The translations under genes were made by a program, and so were the position numbers. DNA of 64,000 nt. Origin: Pseudobdellovibrionaceae bacterium (GTDB taxonomy: Bacteria > Bdellovibrionota > Bdellovibrionia > Bdellovibrionales > UBA1609). The notes below the pieces were generated by a model. The model saw nothing but the letters and a program-made list of their open reading frames with translations. It made no database searches and was not told the origin of the DNA. This document shows, one piece after another, positions 38,337-47,438 of this stretch (its first letter is position 1; every line of letters begins with the position of its first letter). Location: positions 3,133-67,132 of the forward strand of contig JAAOIK010000043.1 of the NCBI GenBank assembly GCA_015163855.1, written 5' to 3'.

Positions 38337-38365
38337 TTGACAAATTTCCATACTTCCATAAGTAT
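38337..38365 (+). promoter_or_regulatory. Possible sigma-70-type promoter for the tRNA pair
   Basis: TTGACA (38337-38342), a 16-17 nt spacer, then TAAGTAT, about 12 nt before the tRNA-Lys 5' end. Motif match by eye only. Confidence 0.3.
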
Positions 38366-38377
38366 TGGTTACTTGAT

Positions 38378-38453
38378 GATCCGCTAGCTCAGTTGGTAGA
38401 GCATCTCCCTTTTAAGGAGAGGGTCCTTGGTTCGAGCCCAAGGCGGGTCACCA
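38378..38453 (+). tRNA. tRNA-Lys (anticodon UUU), CCA encoded
   Basis: Manual cloverleaf: acceptor GATCCGC/GCGGGTC (one G.U), D-arm GCTCAGTTGGTAGAGC, anticodon arm TCTCC-CTTTTAA-GGAGA, T-arm CTTGG-TTCGAGC-CCAAG, then A-CCA. Confidence 0.9.
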
Positions 38454-38503
38454 TTAATTATAGTATTTACAGTTTTATAACTAACTCTATAAGTACTTCC
38501 GCT

Positions 38504-38579
38504 GTCCCCTTCGTCTAGCGGTCTAGGATGTCACCCTTTCACGGTGAAGACACGGGTTCAAGTCCCGTAGGGGACGCCA
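38504..38579 (+). tRNA. tRNA-Glu (anticodon UUC), CCA encoded
   Basis: GTCCCCTTCGTCTAGCGGTCTAGGA... is typical of bacterial tRNA-Glu. Anticodon arm TCACC-CTTTCAC-GGTGA, T-arm ACGGGTTCAAGTCCCGT, acceptor AGGGGAC-G-CCA. Confidence 0.9.
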
Positions 38580-38599
38580 TTTTTTAAAGGTCATGGATA

Positions 38600-39103
38600 A
38601 TGAACTCCAATATTACCCTATCTCACATTACCGCCGTTGACCAAAATAATGGCATTGGCATAAATGGCGAACTTCCCTGGAACATTCCCAAAGACATGGA
38701 GTTTTTTAAAACCACAACACAAAATAAAATCATTATTATGGGGCGCAAAACTTTTGATTCCATTCACCACCCCTTACCTAACCGACTAAATATTGTTATT
38801 AGCCGCAGTAAACACACCCACCCCTCCAAACAAGTGCTTTTTGTTTCTTCCATAAATGACGCTATAACAGAGGCAAAAAAACACACTGCCCAATACGATA
38901 AAGAAGTTTTTGTTATTGGAGGGGCAGAAATTTACAAACAGAGCTTAAGTTTAGTAGATCGCATTTATATTACCCGTATCGCTTATAATTATAATTGCGA
39001 TGCTTTTTACCCTTCTATTTCTGAAAAAGAATTTAAGAAAACTAGTAGCATTGAACACCGGGGCAATCCTGATTTTAGTTTTTTGACTTTAGAAAGGCTT
39101 TAA
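38600..39103 (+). CDS. folA: Dihydrofolate reductase FolA
   Basis: AVDQNNGIGINGELPWNIPKDMEFFKTTT, IIMGRKTFDSI, VIGGAEIY. Confidence 0.92.
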   Translation: MNSNITLSHITAVDQNNGIGINGELPWNIPKDMEFFKTTTQNKIIIMGRKTFDSIHHPLPNRLNIVISRSKHTHPSKQVLFVSSINDAITEAKKHTAQYDKEVFVIGGAEIYKQSLSLVDRIYITRIAYNYNCDAFYPSISEKEFKKTSSIEHRGNPDFSFLTLERL

Positions 39104-39117
39104 GCCAATATAAAAAA

Positions 39118-41931
39118 ATGTCTAAAACTACAAAAACTCCAGAGCAAATTAAATTAGCTGAACAAATTAAAAACAGCTTAAACTTGCCTCAAACAGACTT
39201 TCCCATGCGGGCACAACTCCCACAGAAAGAACCCGGTTATATTCAAAATTGGGTAGATAAAAAACTGTATCACGCTATTTTAGAAAAAAATAAAGATAGT
39301 AAAGTGTTTTCATTTTGCGATGGCCCACCTTACGCTAATGGGCATTTACATCTTGGCCACGCATTAAATAAAATTTTAAAAGATATTACAGTAAAGTATA
39401 AAAATTTATCGGGACATAAAACTCAGTTTATTCCCACTTGGGACTGTCATGGTTTACCCATTGAGTTAAATGTTTATAAAAAATTAAAAAAAGAAGCTCG
39501 TAACAAAAGCAAAAGTGAAATTCGAGCAGAGTGTAAAAAAGAAGCGCAGCATTGGGTAGAAATACAAAAAAAAGAATTTATGCGACTTGGCGTGATTGCC
39601 GATTGGGAAAACCCACGCCTTACTACAGATAAAAACTATGAGGCCGAAGAGGTTAATTTACTAGCTGATATTTTAGAAAATAATTTACTCTACCAAGGCT
39701 ACAAGCCTGTGTATTGGTGCTGTAAATTACAAACTGCCCTTGCCTCGTCAGAAGTGCAATATCAAGATCACACTAGCTCTTCTATTTTTGTAAAATTTTA
39801 TTTAGAGCCCGAAAGCCTTAATCAATTAAAACTTTCTCACAAAAAAACGGCTTTTGTAATTTGGACTACCACTGCGTGGACTCTTCCTGCCAATGTGGGC
39901 ATTTGCCTTAACCCTCAATTTGTTTATGGGTTGTACGAAATCATTGAAGGCGAACACTCAGACACTCATATTATTATTGCTAAAGATTTAAAAAGTTCTG
40001 TAGAAAAAAATTGCCACATACAATTAAAAGAATTACGCACTTTTAAAGCTTGCGAGTTAGAATTACTTTTTGCCAAGCACCCCTTTATAGAAAATCGTCA
40101 ATCTAAAGTAATTTTAGGAGAGCATGTTACCTTAGAGGCCGGAACAGGTTGTGTGCACACCGCCCCCGGGCATGGACTTGACGATTACCATGTGGGAACA
40201 AAATATCAATTACCTGTGTTAAGCCCCGTAGACCCCGCTGGTCGTTACACTTCTGACTTTCCTAAATATGAGGGAGTAAAAATTACAGAAGCTAATTCGA
40301 AAATTGTGGCTGACTTAAAAGAATCTAAACACTTAATTTTTGAAAAAGAAATCACTCACAGCTACCCCCATGGTGATCGCTCTAAAGCTCCTTTAATTTT
40401 TAGAGCTACCCCACAATGGTTTATTAACAGAACTTCGCCATCTTATAATTTAAAAAAAGAAGCACTAAAACTAATCGACTCTAAAGCCATTGCATTTATC
40501 CCTGGCTGGGGAAAAGCACGCTTAAACGCTATGACTGCCAACGCTCCCGACTGGTGTGTGAGTCGACAAAGAACATGGGGTGTTCCCATACCTGTGCTTT
40601 ACTGTACAGAGTGTGGACACAGTTTAGCCAAGCCCGAAATCATGCGAAAGATTGCTGTAAAAATGAAAGAAACCAACGGGATGGAAGCTTATTTTTCCAC
40701 CCCTGTAAAAGAGTTTAGCAAAGGTTATCAGTGTGAAAAATGCCAATCCGATTCTTTTAAAATTGGAAGTGATATTTTAGATGTGTGGTTTGATAGCGGC
40801 GCTTACCATAGAGTTAATCAAGTAAACCAACCTTCCGAAAACTTTCCTGCCGACCTTTACCTAGAGGGCAGTGATCAACATCGCGGCTGGTTTCAAACCA
40901 GCTTATTTGCCTCTTTAGCCGCCAATAAAAAACCGCCTTTTAAACAACTTGTTACCCATGGCTTTGTTACTGATGCACATGGAAAAAAAATGAGCAAGAG
41001 CCTTGGTAATGTTCAAAGCCCTATGAAAATTGTAGAAAAGTATGGGGCAGAAATTTTACGCCTATGGGTTGCTCACGAAGACTATTCGCAAGACCTGTCC
41101 TTTAAAGAAGAAGGTTTAAAACAACTCACCGACACTTATAGAAAAATTCGTAACAGCCTTCGCTTTTTATTGGGAAATATTCACGACTTTAACCTAGAAA
41201 AAGACAGCCTAAATTACAAAGACCTTAGTGATTTAGATAAATTTGCTTTGCATAAATTAAATGTATTGATTAAAAATACTACAGTTCATTATGATAACTA
41301 CCAATTTCATAAGGTGTACCACGAATTAAATACTTTTTTTGTTACACTGTCTTCGCAGTATTTAGATTTATTAAAAGATCGTCTTTATACTGCCAAAACT
41401 ACGGGCCCGTCTAGGCGATCGGCTCAAACAGTTTTTTACATATTATTAAAAAACTTAAGCCCTTTAATGAGCCCTATTTTAAGCTTTCTTTCTGAAGAAA
41501 TACACAAAAATATTAATACTAACGATGAGGTATTTTCTGTTTTCTTACTGCCTTTTCCAAAACCCAACCCCCAATGGGAAAATACAAAATTATTTGATTC
41601 TATAAACCAACTACTCGAGCTAAAAACAAAAGCTTATAAAGATATTGAAGATTTAAGAGCTCAAAAAAAAATTGGCTCTAGTTTAGAAATAGAATTAGAA
41701 ATATATAACCTTCCTAAAGAGCTTGCCCACTACACAGAAAGTTTTTTAGTTGAGTTTTTTATTGTCTCTAAGGTGGTTTTAAAAAACACACAAGACAAAG
41801 CTTTAAAAATAAACAGTTTAATTAGTAGTGGAGATAAATGTCCTCGGTGCTGGACTTATAGTTTAGAACTAATCGAACACAAACCTTGGGGTACAAATAT
41901 TTGCAAAAAATGTGTAGATGCTTTACTCTAA
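39118..41931 (+). CDS. ileS: Isoleucyl-tRNA synthetase IleS
   Basis: PPYANGHLHLGHALNK (HIGH), KMSKSLGN (KMSKS) and C-terminal zinc-finger cysteines CPRCW...CKKC. Confidence 0.95.
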   Translation: MSKTTKTPEQIKLAEQIKNSLNLPQTDFPMRAQLPQKEPGYIQNWVDKKLYHAILEKNKDSKVFSFCDGPPYANGHLHLGHALNKILKDITVKYKNLSGHKTQFIPTWDCHGLPIELNVYKKLKKEARNKSKSEIRAECKKEAQHWVEIQKKEFMRLGVIADWENPRLTTDKNYEAEEVNLLADILENNLLYQGYKPVYWCCKLQTALASSEVQYQDHTSSSIFVKFYLEPESLNQLKLSHKKTAFVIWTTTAWTLPANVGICLNPQFVYGLYEIIEGEHSDTHIIIAKDLKSSVEKNCHIQLKELRTFKACELELLFAKHPFIENRQSKVILGEHVTLEAGTGCVHTAPGHGLDDYHVGTKYQLPVLSPVDPAGRYTSDFPKYEGVKITEANSKIVADLKESKHLIFEKEITHSYPHGDRSKAPLIFRATPQWFINRTSPSYNLKKEALKLIDSKAIAFIPGWGKARLNAMTANAPDWCVSRQRTWGVPIPVLYCTECGHSLAKPEIMRKIAVKMKETNGMEAYFSTPVKEFSKGYQCEKCQSDSFKIGSDILDVWFDSGAYHRVNQVNQPSENFPADLYLEGSDQHRGWFQTSLFASLAANKKPPFKQLVTHGFVTDAHGKKMSKSLGNVQSPMKIVEKYGAEILRLWVAHEDYSQDLSFKEEGLKQLTDTYRKIRNSLRFLLGNIHDFNLEKDSLNYKDLSDLDKFALHKLNVLIKNTTVHYDNYQFHKVYHELNTFFVTLSSQYLDLLKDRLYTAKTTGPSRRSAQTVFYILLKNLSPLMSPILSFLSEEIHKNINTNDEVFSVFLLPFPKPNPQWENTKLFDSINQLLELKTKAYKDIEDLRAQKKIGSSLEIELEIYNLPKELAHYTESFLVEFFIVSKVVLKNTQDKALKINSLISSGDKCPRCWTYSLELIEHKPWGTNICKKCVDALL

Positions 41932-41937
41932 TACCTT

Positions 41938-42417
41938 ATGCTAACAAAAAAACATATCCACTTTGGGCTCCTTTCTATAATTTTAATTTCCCTAGACCAA
42001 GTTACCAAACTTTATATTCATACTCATTATAGGCTGGGAGAAACTCACCCCATCATTAATGGTTTTTTTAACCTAAGTTATGTACAAAACAAAGGAGCTG
42101 CCTTTGGTATTTTAAGCCAAGGCGATTCTTCTTTAAGAGATTGGTTTTTTTTGCTGCTAGCCCCCTGCGCGGCTATGTTTATTTTATTTTTACTTAAAAA
42201 AGCAAAAAGTGCATCATGGATTTATATCTCTTCCCTAGCTTTTATTTTTTCCGGCACCGTGGGTAACTATTTAGACCGCTTGCAATTTGGCTATGTTATA
42301 GACCTCTTTGATGTTCACTATAAAACTTTATACTATTGGCCCGTTTTTAATGTTGCCGACGCTGTAATTGTCATCGGCGTGACCGCTTTACTCTTTCTTC
42401 CACAGCCCAAGACCTAA
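41938..42417 (+). CDS. lspA: Lipoprotein signal peptidase LspA
   Basis: FNLSYVQNKGAAFG, FNVADAVIVIG and the conserved ileS-lspA order. Confidence 0.9.
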   Translation: MLTKKHIHFGLLSIILISLDQVTKLYIHTHYRLGETHPIINGFFNLSYVQNKGAAFGILSQGDSSLRDWFFLLLAPCAAMFILFLLKKAKSASWIYISSLAFIFSGTVGNYLDRLQFGYVIDLFDVHYKTLYYWPVFNVADAVIVIGVTALLFLPQPKT

Positions 42418-42479
42418 TCAGCCCTAAAATTGTTTCAAAATAAAACACTTTTTAGCACGTATTTTGCTTATAAAAAGCT

Positions 42480-43331
42480 ATGCAAACCTATTTTTATCTA
42501 TTTGTTTATATTTTTAGTTTATTAATCCTGCCCGCCACTGCTTTGGCCAACTCAACATCTTTTTCTTGTTTTAAAAATTTTAAAAATTATAAAAGTGCTC
42601 CCGTAATGGACTTAAATAAAGAGTTAAATACTAAAGACTCTATGTCTGGAGGACAAATTGTAATTAGAAAAAAACCCAACGGCTCTATCTTGGTGCAAAG
42701 AAATCACTGCGTTACTCGTTACAAAAACAAAGAAATACTTAGCCGTTATCAAAATTGGCTTGTCTTTAAACAGCTGCACCTATCCACTAAGCCAGGAGAG
42801 GTGTTTAGTAATTCGCTACCTTTGTCTAAAAAACTAAAATCTTTTTTATATCACTTTGCCATGAGCCCTGCCGGCGCACTTTGGGTACAAAAAGTGGTTA
42901 ACTTGGATTTATATTTACTACAAAAAAATTACTATAGTGTCTCTGTAAAAAAAAACCAATTAGTTTTTACTCCTACAGAAGATTTTTTATTTGAACTAGC
43001 CTATTCTAAATTTTATATTACAGAAACACAATCTAGCACTTACGCTTCTGGTAGCTTTATTGCCATTGCCTCTGACTTTTTATCTAAAAAAGAATTTTCT
43101 CAAAGTAAACAAAAAATCGATCATATGGCCGTGCTTTCTCATGAGTTTGGTCATACTAAGTTTGGCGAACCTAAAACAAGAGCAAATATTTACTCCGAAG
43201 CAGACACCGTGTTGCGCTATGAAAACCCCGTAAGAATTTTAAATCATTTTTTACCAAGAAAAACCTATTTTGATAATAAAACAGGTCGTGTAATTAGTAT
43301 TTACACAAAAACACTTAAAAAAGCTAAGTAA
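42480..43331 (+). CDS. Secreted hypothetical protein with a zincin HExxH motif (putative metalloprotease)
   Basis: Signal peptide (LLILPATALA). C-terminal LSHEFGHTKFG followed by E..DTVLRYENPVR, a pattern reminiscent of effector/toxin-type zincins. No firm family assignment. Confidence 0.45.
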   Translation: MQTYFYLFVYIFSLLILPATALANSTSFSCFKNFKNYKSAPVMDLNKELNTKDSMSGGQIVIRKKPNGSILVQRNHCVTRYKNKEILSRYQNWLVFKQLHLSTKPGEVFSNSLPLSKKLKSFLYHFAMSPAGALWVQKVVNLDLYLLQKNYYSVSVKKNQLVFTPTEDFLFELAYSKFYITETQSSTYASGSFIAIASDFLSKKEFSQSKQKIDHMAVLSHEFGHTKFGEPKTRANIYSEADTVLRYENPVRILNHFLPRKTYFDNKTGRVISIYTKTLKKAK

Positions 43332-44066
43332 CTAAAAATACGCCGAAAAGCTTATCCCCCAAAAAAAAGAACTAAGAATTTTTCGATCGACAAACTCTAT
43401 CTCTACATCGCCATGGCTTTTATGATGTAGCAACAGATTAATAAATGGGCCCACTCTTAACTGGCGCCACAATTTATACTGTAAAGATAAATCTAGTTGC
43501 TCGTATAAGATATTTCCCTCTCCTGGAATTATTATTCTAAAGTTTGATTTAGCCGGCTTTAAAAGGTAGCCTTGAACATTATAGTTGGTTTTCCACATAG
43601 CATTATTTAAAGAAATGTGCGCTGTCACAAGCCACTTACGCCAATAGTAAGTATTTAAAAGGCCCACTTGCATAAATTGATAGTCAGAAAGTTCGCCATC
43701 ACTAAAGTGCCTTTGGCTCATCGAGTAAGCTCCTGTTACAGAGCTAAAAAAAGACCCTTCTTTGTACCAAGAATAATTTATTGCCAAGGTGGGTATTGCT
43801 TTTTCTTGCTTTTCTAAAAAAAAGTGCAAATCCAAAGCGGGCCCCAGCCCATAACCTATTCCCACACCTTTAACGCCCTGTAAGCCAACAGGGTTTACAC
43901 TTTTTTTTCTAGCAGAGCTATAATAACCACGCTGAAACACATTAACCACTATGTTACCCCTACCCAAAGGCTTTGCCGTATTTAACACGGGGTGAGGTGG
44001 CAGCACACAGCCTGTGCCGGCAATAATAAATAAAAACAAAATTCCTAATTGGCAAGAAAGTTTCAT
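43332..44066 (-). CDS. Hypothetical lipoprotein / small outer-membrane beta-barrel candidate
   Basis: Lipobox IAGTGC, alternating aromatic-rich strands and a C-terminal ...FSAYF (terminal Phe as in OMPs). Its stop codon abuts the stop of the convergent 42480..43331 gene. Confidence 0.4.
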   Translation of the reverse strand: MKLSCQLGILFLFIIAGTGCVLPPHPVLNTAKPLGRGNIVVNVFQRGYYSSARKKSVNPVGLQGVKGVGIGYGLGPALDLHFFLEKQEKAIPTLAINYSWYKEGSFFSSVTGAYSMSQRHFSDGELSDYQFMQVGLLNTYYWRKWLVTAHISLNNAMWKTNYNVQGYLLKPAKSNFRIIIPGEGNILYEQLDLSLQYKLWRQLRVGPFINLLLHHKSHGDVEIEFVDRKILSSFFWGISFSAYF

Positions 44067-44177
44067 AACAACACCTTAGTTATTTTTACCCTATAAATTC
44101 TTTATAAAAAGCCAATTTAGTCTTAAAAAAAATACATACAATAAAAACTCTTAAAATAGAAAAAAGTACACGAGTGA

Positions 44178-45440
44178 CTAAAAATAAGACAACGGCCCCT
44201 TGGTTAAAGGCAAAAATTCAGGAAAACTTTTAGAAACAGCCTCTTCGTTAGAGCATGTAATAGAAAAACCCGCAGTCTTTAATACATAAGCAGCCATTAC
44301 CAAACGATGGTCTTTTTTCGTATCAAAAATAATATTTTTTTTCAGCGCTGGCGATGCTTTTAAAGACTGCCATTTTTTTACAACAAAGGTGTTTTGCTTA
44401 AGGTCTACCTCTCTTCCCAATAAATTTAACAAGGTTTTCATTTCTTTTAAGCGATTAGATTCTTTATAAGCAATATGTGCCGTATCGTGAAATACACTTT
44501 CGCCAGTTAACAAACAAGCCAAAGCTGCTAAAACCGGAAATAAATCGGGAGTGTTTTTTAAAGAAACCTCGAAAGCTTTTTCTAATTTTTTTGTCATTTT
44601 GTGACCGCAAAAAGGGGTTTTAAATACAGAGGCTTCTTTAACTTGTAATGTAACCACCCCTTCCCCCTCCATTTTGGTGTGAATATTAGCTCCAACCTCT
44701 TTTAAGTAGGGGATAAAAACACTGTCTCCTTGAAGGCTTTTTACTGGAAATTTGGTAATTTGTGCGTGCCCACTAACAGAAGCTATGGCGGCTAATGCAA
44801 ATACACTGCTCATGTCTGGTTCTAAAAAAACAGGAGTTGCGTTTACTTGTTGTTGTTTAGGAATATAAATTTCATAAGGCTTTTCATTGCTGTAGTTAAT
44901 ACTCATTCCCTGTTGTTGACATAATTTTATTGTCATTTGTAAATAGGTTTTAGAAAGCAATGTATCTCCTAAAGAAATATAGCAAGGAGCAGTTAAGTTC
45001 CAAGCATTCAATAAAAAAGCCGAAACAAACTGGCTTGATTGTTTGGCAGAAATAGAAAGACTGTCTCCCATTAAACTCCACCCCAAAGAAGTTATATGTA
45101 AACCCTTTTTATCAAAAACGGCCTGACAAGATAACTGTGATAATAACTTAATTAGTTCTTTTTGTGGTCGGTTTAATAATTGTTCATCTGCTTTTAAGTA
45201 ATACTTACCTGGTTTTTTAGAAACACGAATAGCTAAAAAGCGCAATACCGTTCCCGCAGAACCACAGTAAAGCTCGGTTTTACCTTCTGAAAAATCTTTT
45301 AATGCCTTTTTCATTAAGGCCACATCGTCGCACTGACTAAAGCCGTTTATTAATAAATTATCCTCAAAGCTTTTTAAAATTAATGCTCTGTTAAATAAAG
45401 ATTTAGAAGAGGGGACTTCTCCCACAAAAGAAAATTTCAT
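44178..45440 (-). CDS. aroA: 3-phosphoshikimate 1-carboxyvinyltransferase AroA (EPSP synthase)
   Basis: PSSKSLFNRALIL, CGSAGTVLRFL, KESNRL, DHRLVMA. Confidence 0.9.
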   Translation of the reverse strand: MKFSFVGEVPSSKSLFNRALILKSFEDNLLINGFSQCDDVALMKKALKDFSEGKTELYCGSAGTVLRFLAIRVSKKPGKYYLKADEQLLNRPQKELIKLLSQLSCQAVFDKKGLHITSLGWSLMGDSLSISAKQSSQFVSAFLLNAWNLTAPCYISLGDTLLSKTYLQMTIKLCQQQGMSINYSNEKPYEIYIPKQQQVNATPVFLEPDMSSVFALAAIASVSGHAQITKFPVKSLQGDSVFIPYLKEVGANIHTKMEGEGVVTLQVKEASVFKTPFCGHKMTKKLEKAFEVSLKNTPDLFPVLAALACLLTGESVFHDTAHIAYKESNRLKEMKTLLNLLGREVDLKQNTFVVKKWQSLKASPALKKNIIFDTKKDHRLVMAAYVLKTAGFSITCSNEEAVSKSFPEFLPLTKGPLSYF

Positions 45441-45443
45441 AAT

Positions 45444-46505
45444 TTACTTTATATAATTAGCTCGCTGCAACTCTGTAATTAATGACTTTAAAGGCGTGGG
45501 TTTTATCGCATATCCCTTAGAGGTAAAAAACACAAAGTGAATACTGTTTTTATTATTTATTTTTTTATCTTGAAGTAACAACTTTACAGCTTTTGTTTTA
45601 GAAAGCGTTTTAACTTCTTTTCTCCACTGTTTTACTAAGGGCTTTAACGCCTCAGAGTAAGGCTGAAAAATTGGCTTAGATATTAGTTTTTTACGCAAAC
45701 TCCAATTTAAAGAAAAATCTAAACCTAAAATTACTGCAGCTCCATGGGGAATAGAAAACTGTAATTCTAAAATATGAGCTATAGTATGCCCTAGGTTTAA
45801 GTACATTCTTTGTCCCGTTGTTTCTAAAGGGTCTTTTTGAATATAAAAATATTTACCTTGTATTAGCTTTGGTAATAACCTCCAAATTAAAGAAGCCGAG
45901 GGGTAAGGTGTGTTTTTTAATTTAGAAAATAGTGCTTTTCGTAAAAAAGCCATTTTAAAAATTTCACCATAGGCCGATTCCAAAGAAGAACTTTGTAATA
46001 TGTTTTTAATAATAACTATTTGGCTAGCACAATAAAAACTTCCTAATTGGTTTTTTCCAAAATCTATATTTAATGCCGTTTTTCCTCCGTGAGCCGAATC
46101 CACAGCGGCCAGCCATGTGCTGGGAATATGGGTTAGCCCCAACCCTCGCTTCCACACGCTGGCTAAAAATCCAACAAAGTCTCCAACAGAACCCCCTCCC
46201 ACAGAAACAATATGCGTTTGGCGAGTAACTTGATTAGAATACTTTTTATTTAACGCCGAAAAGTGATGCACAAATTGAGACAATTTTTTTAAAGGTTCCC
46301 CCGCCTCTAAACAATAGCTAAGCGCAGCTTGTTGCTTTAGTTTTTTAAAAGGCCGTAAGCCTTCTAACTGTTTATCATAAATTAGTAAAATATTTTTTTT
46401 ATCTGTTTTAATGATTTTAGATAAATTAACCGCTTTGGCCAACTCCGCATAATAAACCTTAGTTTGTTTCTGCTTGTGTTTGATAGTGTAAATTGAATTA
46501 GTCAT
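45444..46505 (-). CDS. aroB: 3-dehydroquinate synthase AroB
   Basis: VGGGSVGDFVGFLAS, metal-binding LNLGHTIAHILE..HGAAV. Adjacent to aroA. Confidence 0.85.
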   Translation of the reverse strand: MTNSIYTIKHKQKQTKVYYAELAKAVNLSKIIKTDKKNILLIYDKQLEGLRPFKKLKQQAALSYCLEAGEPLKKLSQFVHHFSALNKKYSNQVTRQTHIVSVGGGSVGDFVGFLASVWKRGLGLTHIPSTWLAAVDSAHGGKTALNIDFGKNQLGSFYCASQIVIIKNILQSSSLESAYGEIFKMAFLRKALFSKLKNTPYPSASLIWRLLPKLIQGKYFYIQKDPLETTGQRMYLNLGHTIAHILELQFSIPHGAAVILGLDFSLNWSLRKKLISKPIFQPYSEALKPLVKQWRKEVKTLSKTKAVKLLLQDKKINNKNSIHFVFFTSKGYAIKPTPLKSLITELQRANYIK

Positions 46506-46526
46506 TGTTCTTAAGCTTTTGTAAAA

Positions 46527-47240
46527 TTAGTCACCCTTCACACTTAACCAGTTAACAGGAGTTTTATTTTTTTGCACTAAATAGGTGCTGGTTTTAGAAA
46601 ATACTTTTGAACCAAAAAAACCGCGATACGCAGAAAGGGGTGATGGGTGCGCAGAACATAAAACTAAATGCTTTTTTTTATCAATGCATTGTGCTTTTTT
46701 TTGTGCATAAGCACCCCATAAAATAAAAACTAGATTATCATATTGATCATTTAGTTTATTAATAATAGCCGTGGTAAAAGTCTCCCACCCTTTATCTGCA
46801 TGAGAGGCCGGGCAACCTTTCTTTACCGTTAATACCGAATTTAATAAAAGCACTCCTTGATGAGCCCACGGTAATAAAGAATTTTTTTCTAAGTTTTGCA
46901 AAGAAGTGTTTAAATCTGTGGACAGTTCTTTAAAAATATTTTTTAAAGACGGTGGTCGCTGTATATTGTTGGGCACAGAAAAACTTAAACCTTCTGCTTG
47001 CTCGGGCCCGTGATAAGGGTCTTGCCCTAAAATAACGACCTTTACCTTATGGGGAGAAACTGCTGATAGTGCCCGAAAGATTAGTGGCACTGCGGGGTAA
47101 AAAGGCTCGGGCTTTTGACTTTGTTGAGATAAAAAAGTCTCTAATTGTAAAAAATAATCCTTAGAAAGCTCTTCTCTCATAAGTTTATGCCAGCTGGAAG
47201 GAAAATTAGAGGATAAAAACATAACTCTCTCTTTTTCCAC
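46527..47240 (-). CDS. ung: Uracil-DNA glycosylase Ung (start may be the ATG 18 nt downstream of the tracked GTG)
   Basis: VVILGQDPYHGPEQAEGLSFSV, GVLLLNSVLTV, CSAHPSPLSA. Confidence 0.93.
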   Translation of the reverse strand: MEKERVMFLSSNFPSSWHKLMREELSKDYFLQLETFLSQQSQKPEPFYPAVPLIFRALSAVSPHKVKVVILGQDPYHGPEQAEGLSFSVPNNIQRPPSLKNIFKELSTDLNTSLQNLEKNSLLPWAHQGVLLLNSVLTVKKGCPASHADKGWETFTTAIINKLNDQYDNLVFILWGAYAQKKAQCIDKKKHLVLCSAHPSPLSAYRGFFGSKVFSKTSTYLVQKNKTPVNWLSVKGD

Positions 47241-47249
47241 TAATTAAAA

Positions 47250-47296
47250 GCAAAGGAAAAGCAGTTATTACACGCTGTTGCTTTGCGTTATTTTTT
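47250..47296. terminator. Terminator-like imperfect hairpin with T/A tracts on both sides in the ung/dapF divergent spacer
   Basis: gcaaag(47250-55)/ctttgc(47281-86) plus agcag/ctgtt (one G.U), with a 10-nt loop. Followed by gttatttttt on the plus strand and by ttttaatt on the minus strand. Confidence 0.25.
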
Positions 47297-47438
47297 CTTT
47301 TCTAATTTGAAAATCTACAAAAAAACTTTTAAATTCTCTTTTATGCTTAATAATTTACAAAACGCTCTGTTTACAGCTGATTATAAGGTTGTTTGTATGG
47401 AAAAAAACAAGTCTTAATAAGGCAAGGCAGCAATTCCT

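Noticed and set aside
47397-47417. A 6-codon uORF MEKNKS just upstream of the dapF-like gene, with Lys codons that suggest a lysine-sensing leader peptide.
   Set aside because: It is too short, has no obvious RBS and no alternative terminator/antiterminator structures downstream. Lys/Asn codons are simply common in this AT-rich genome.
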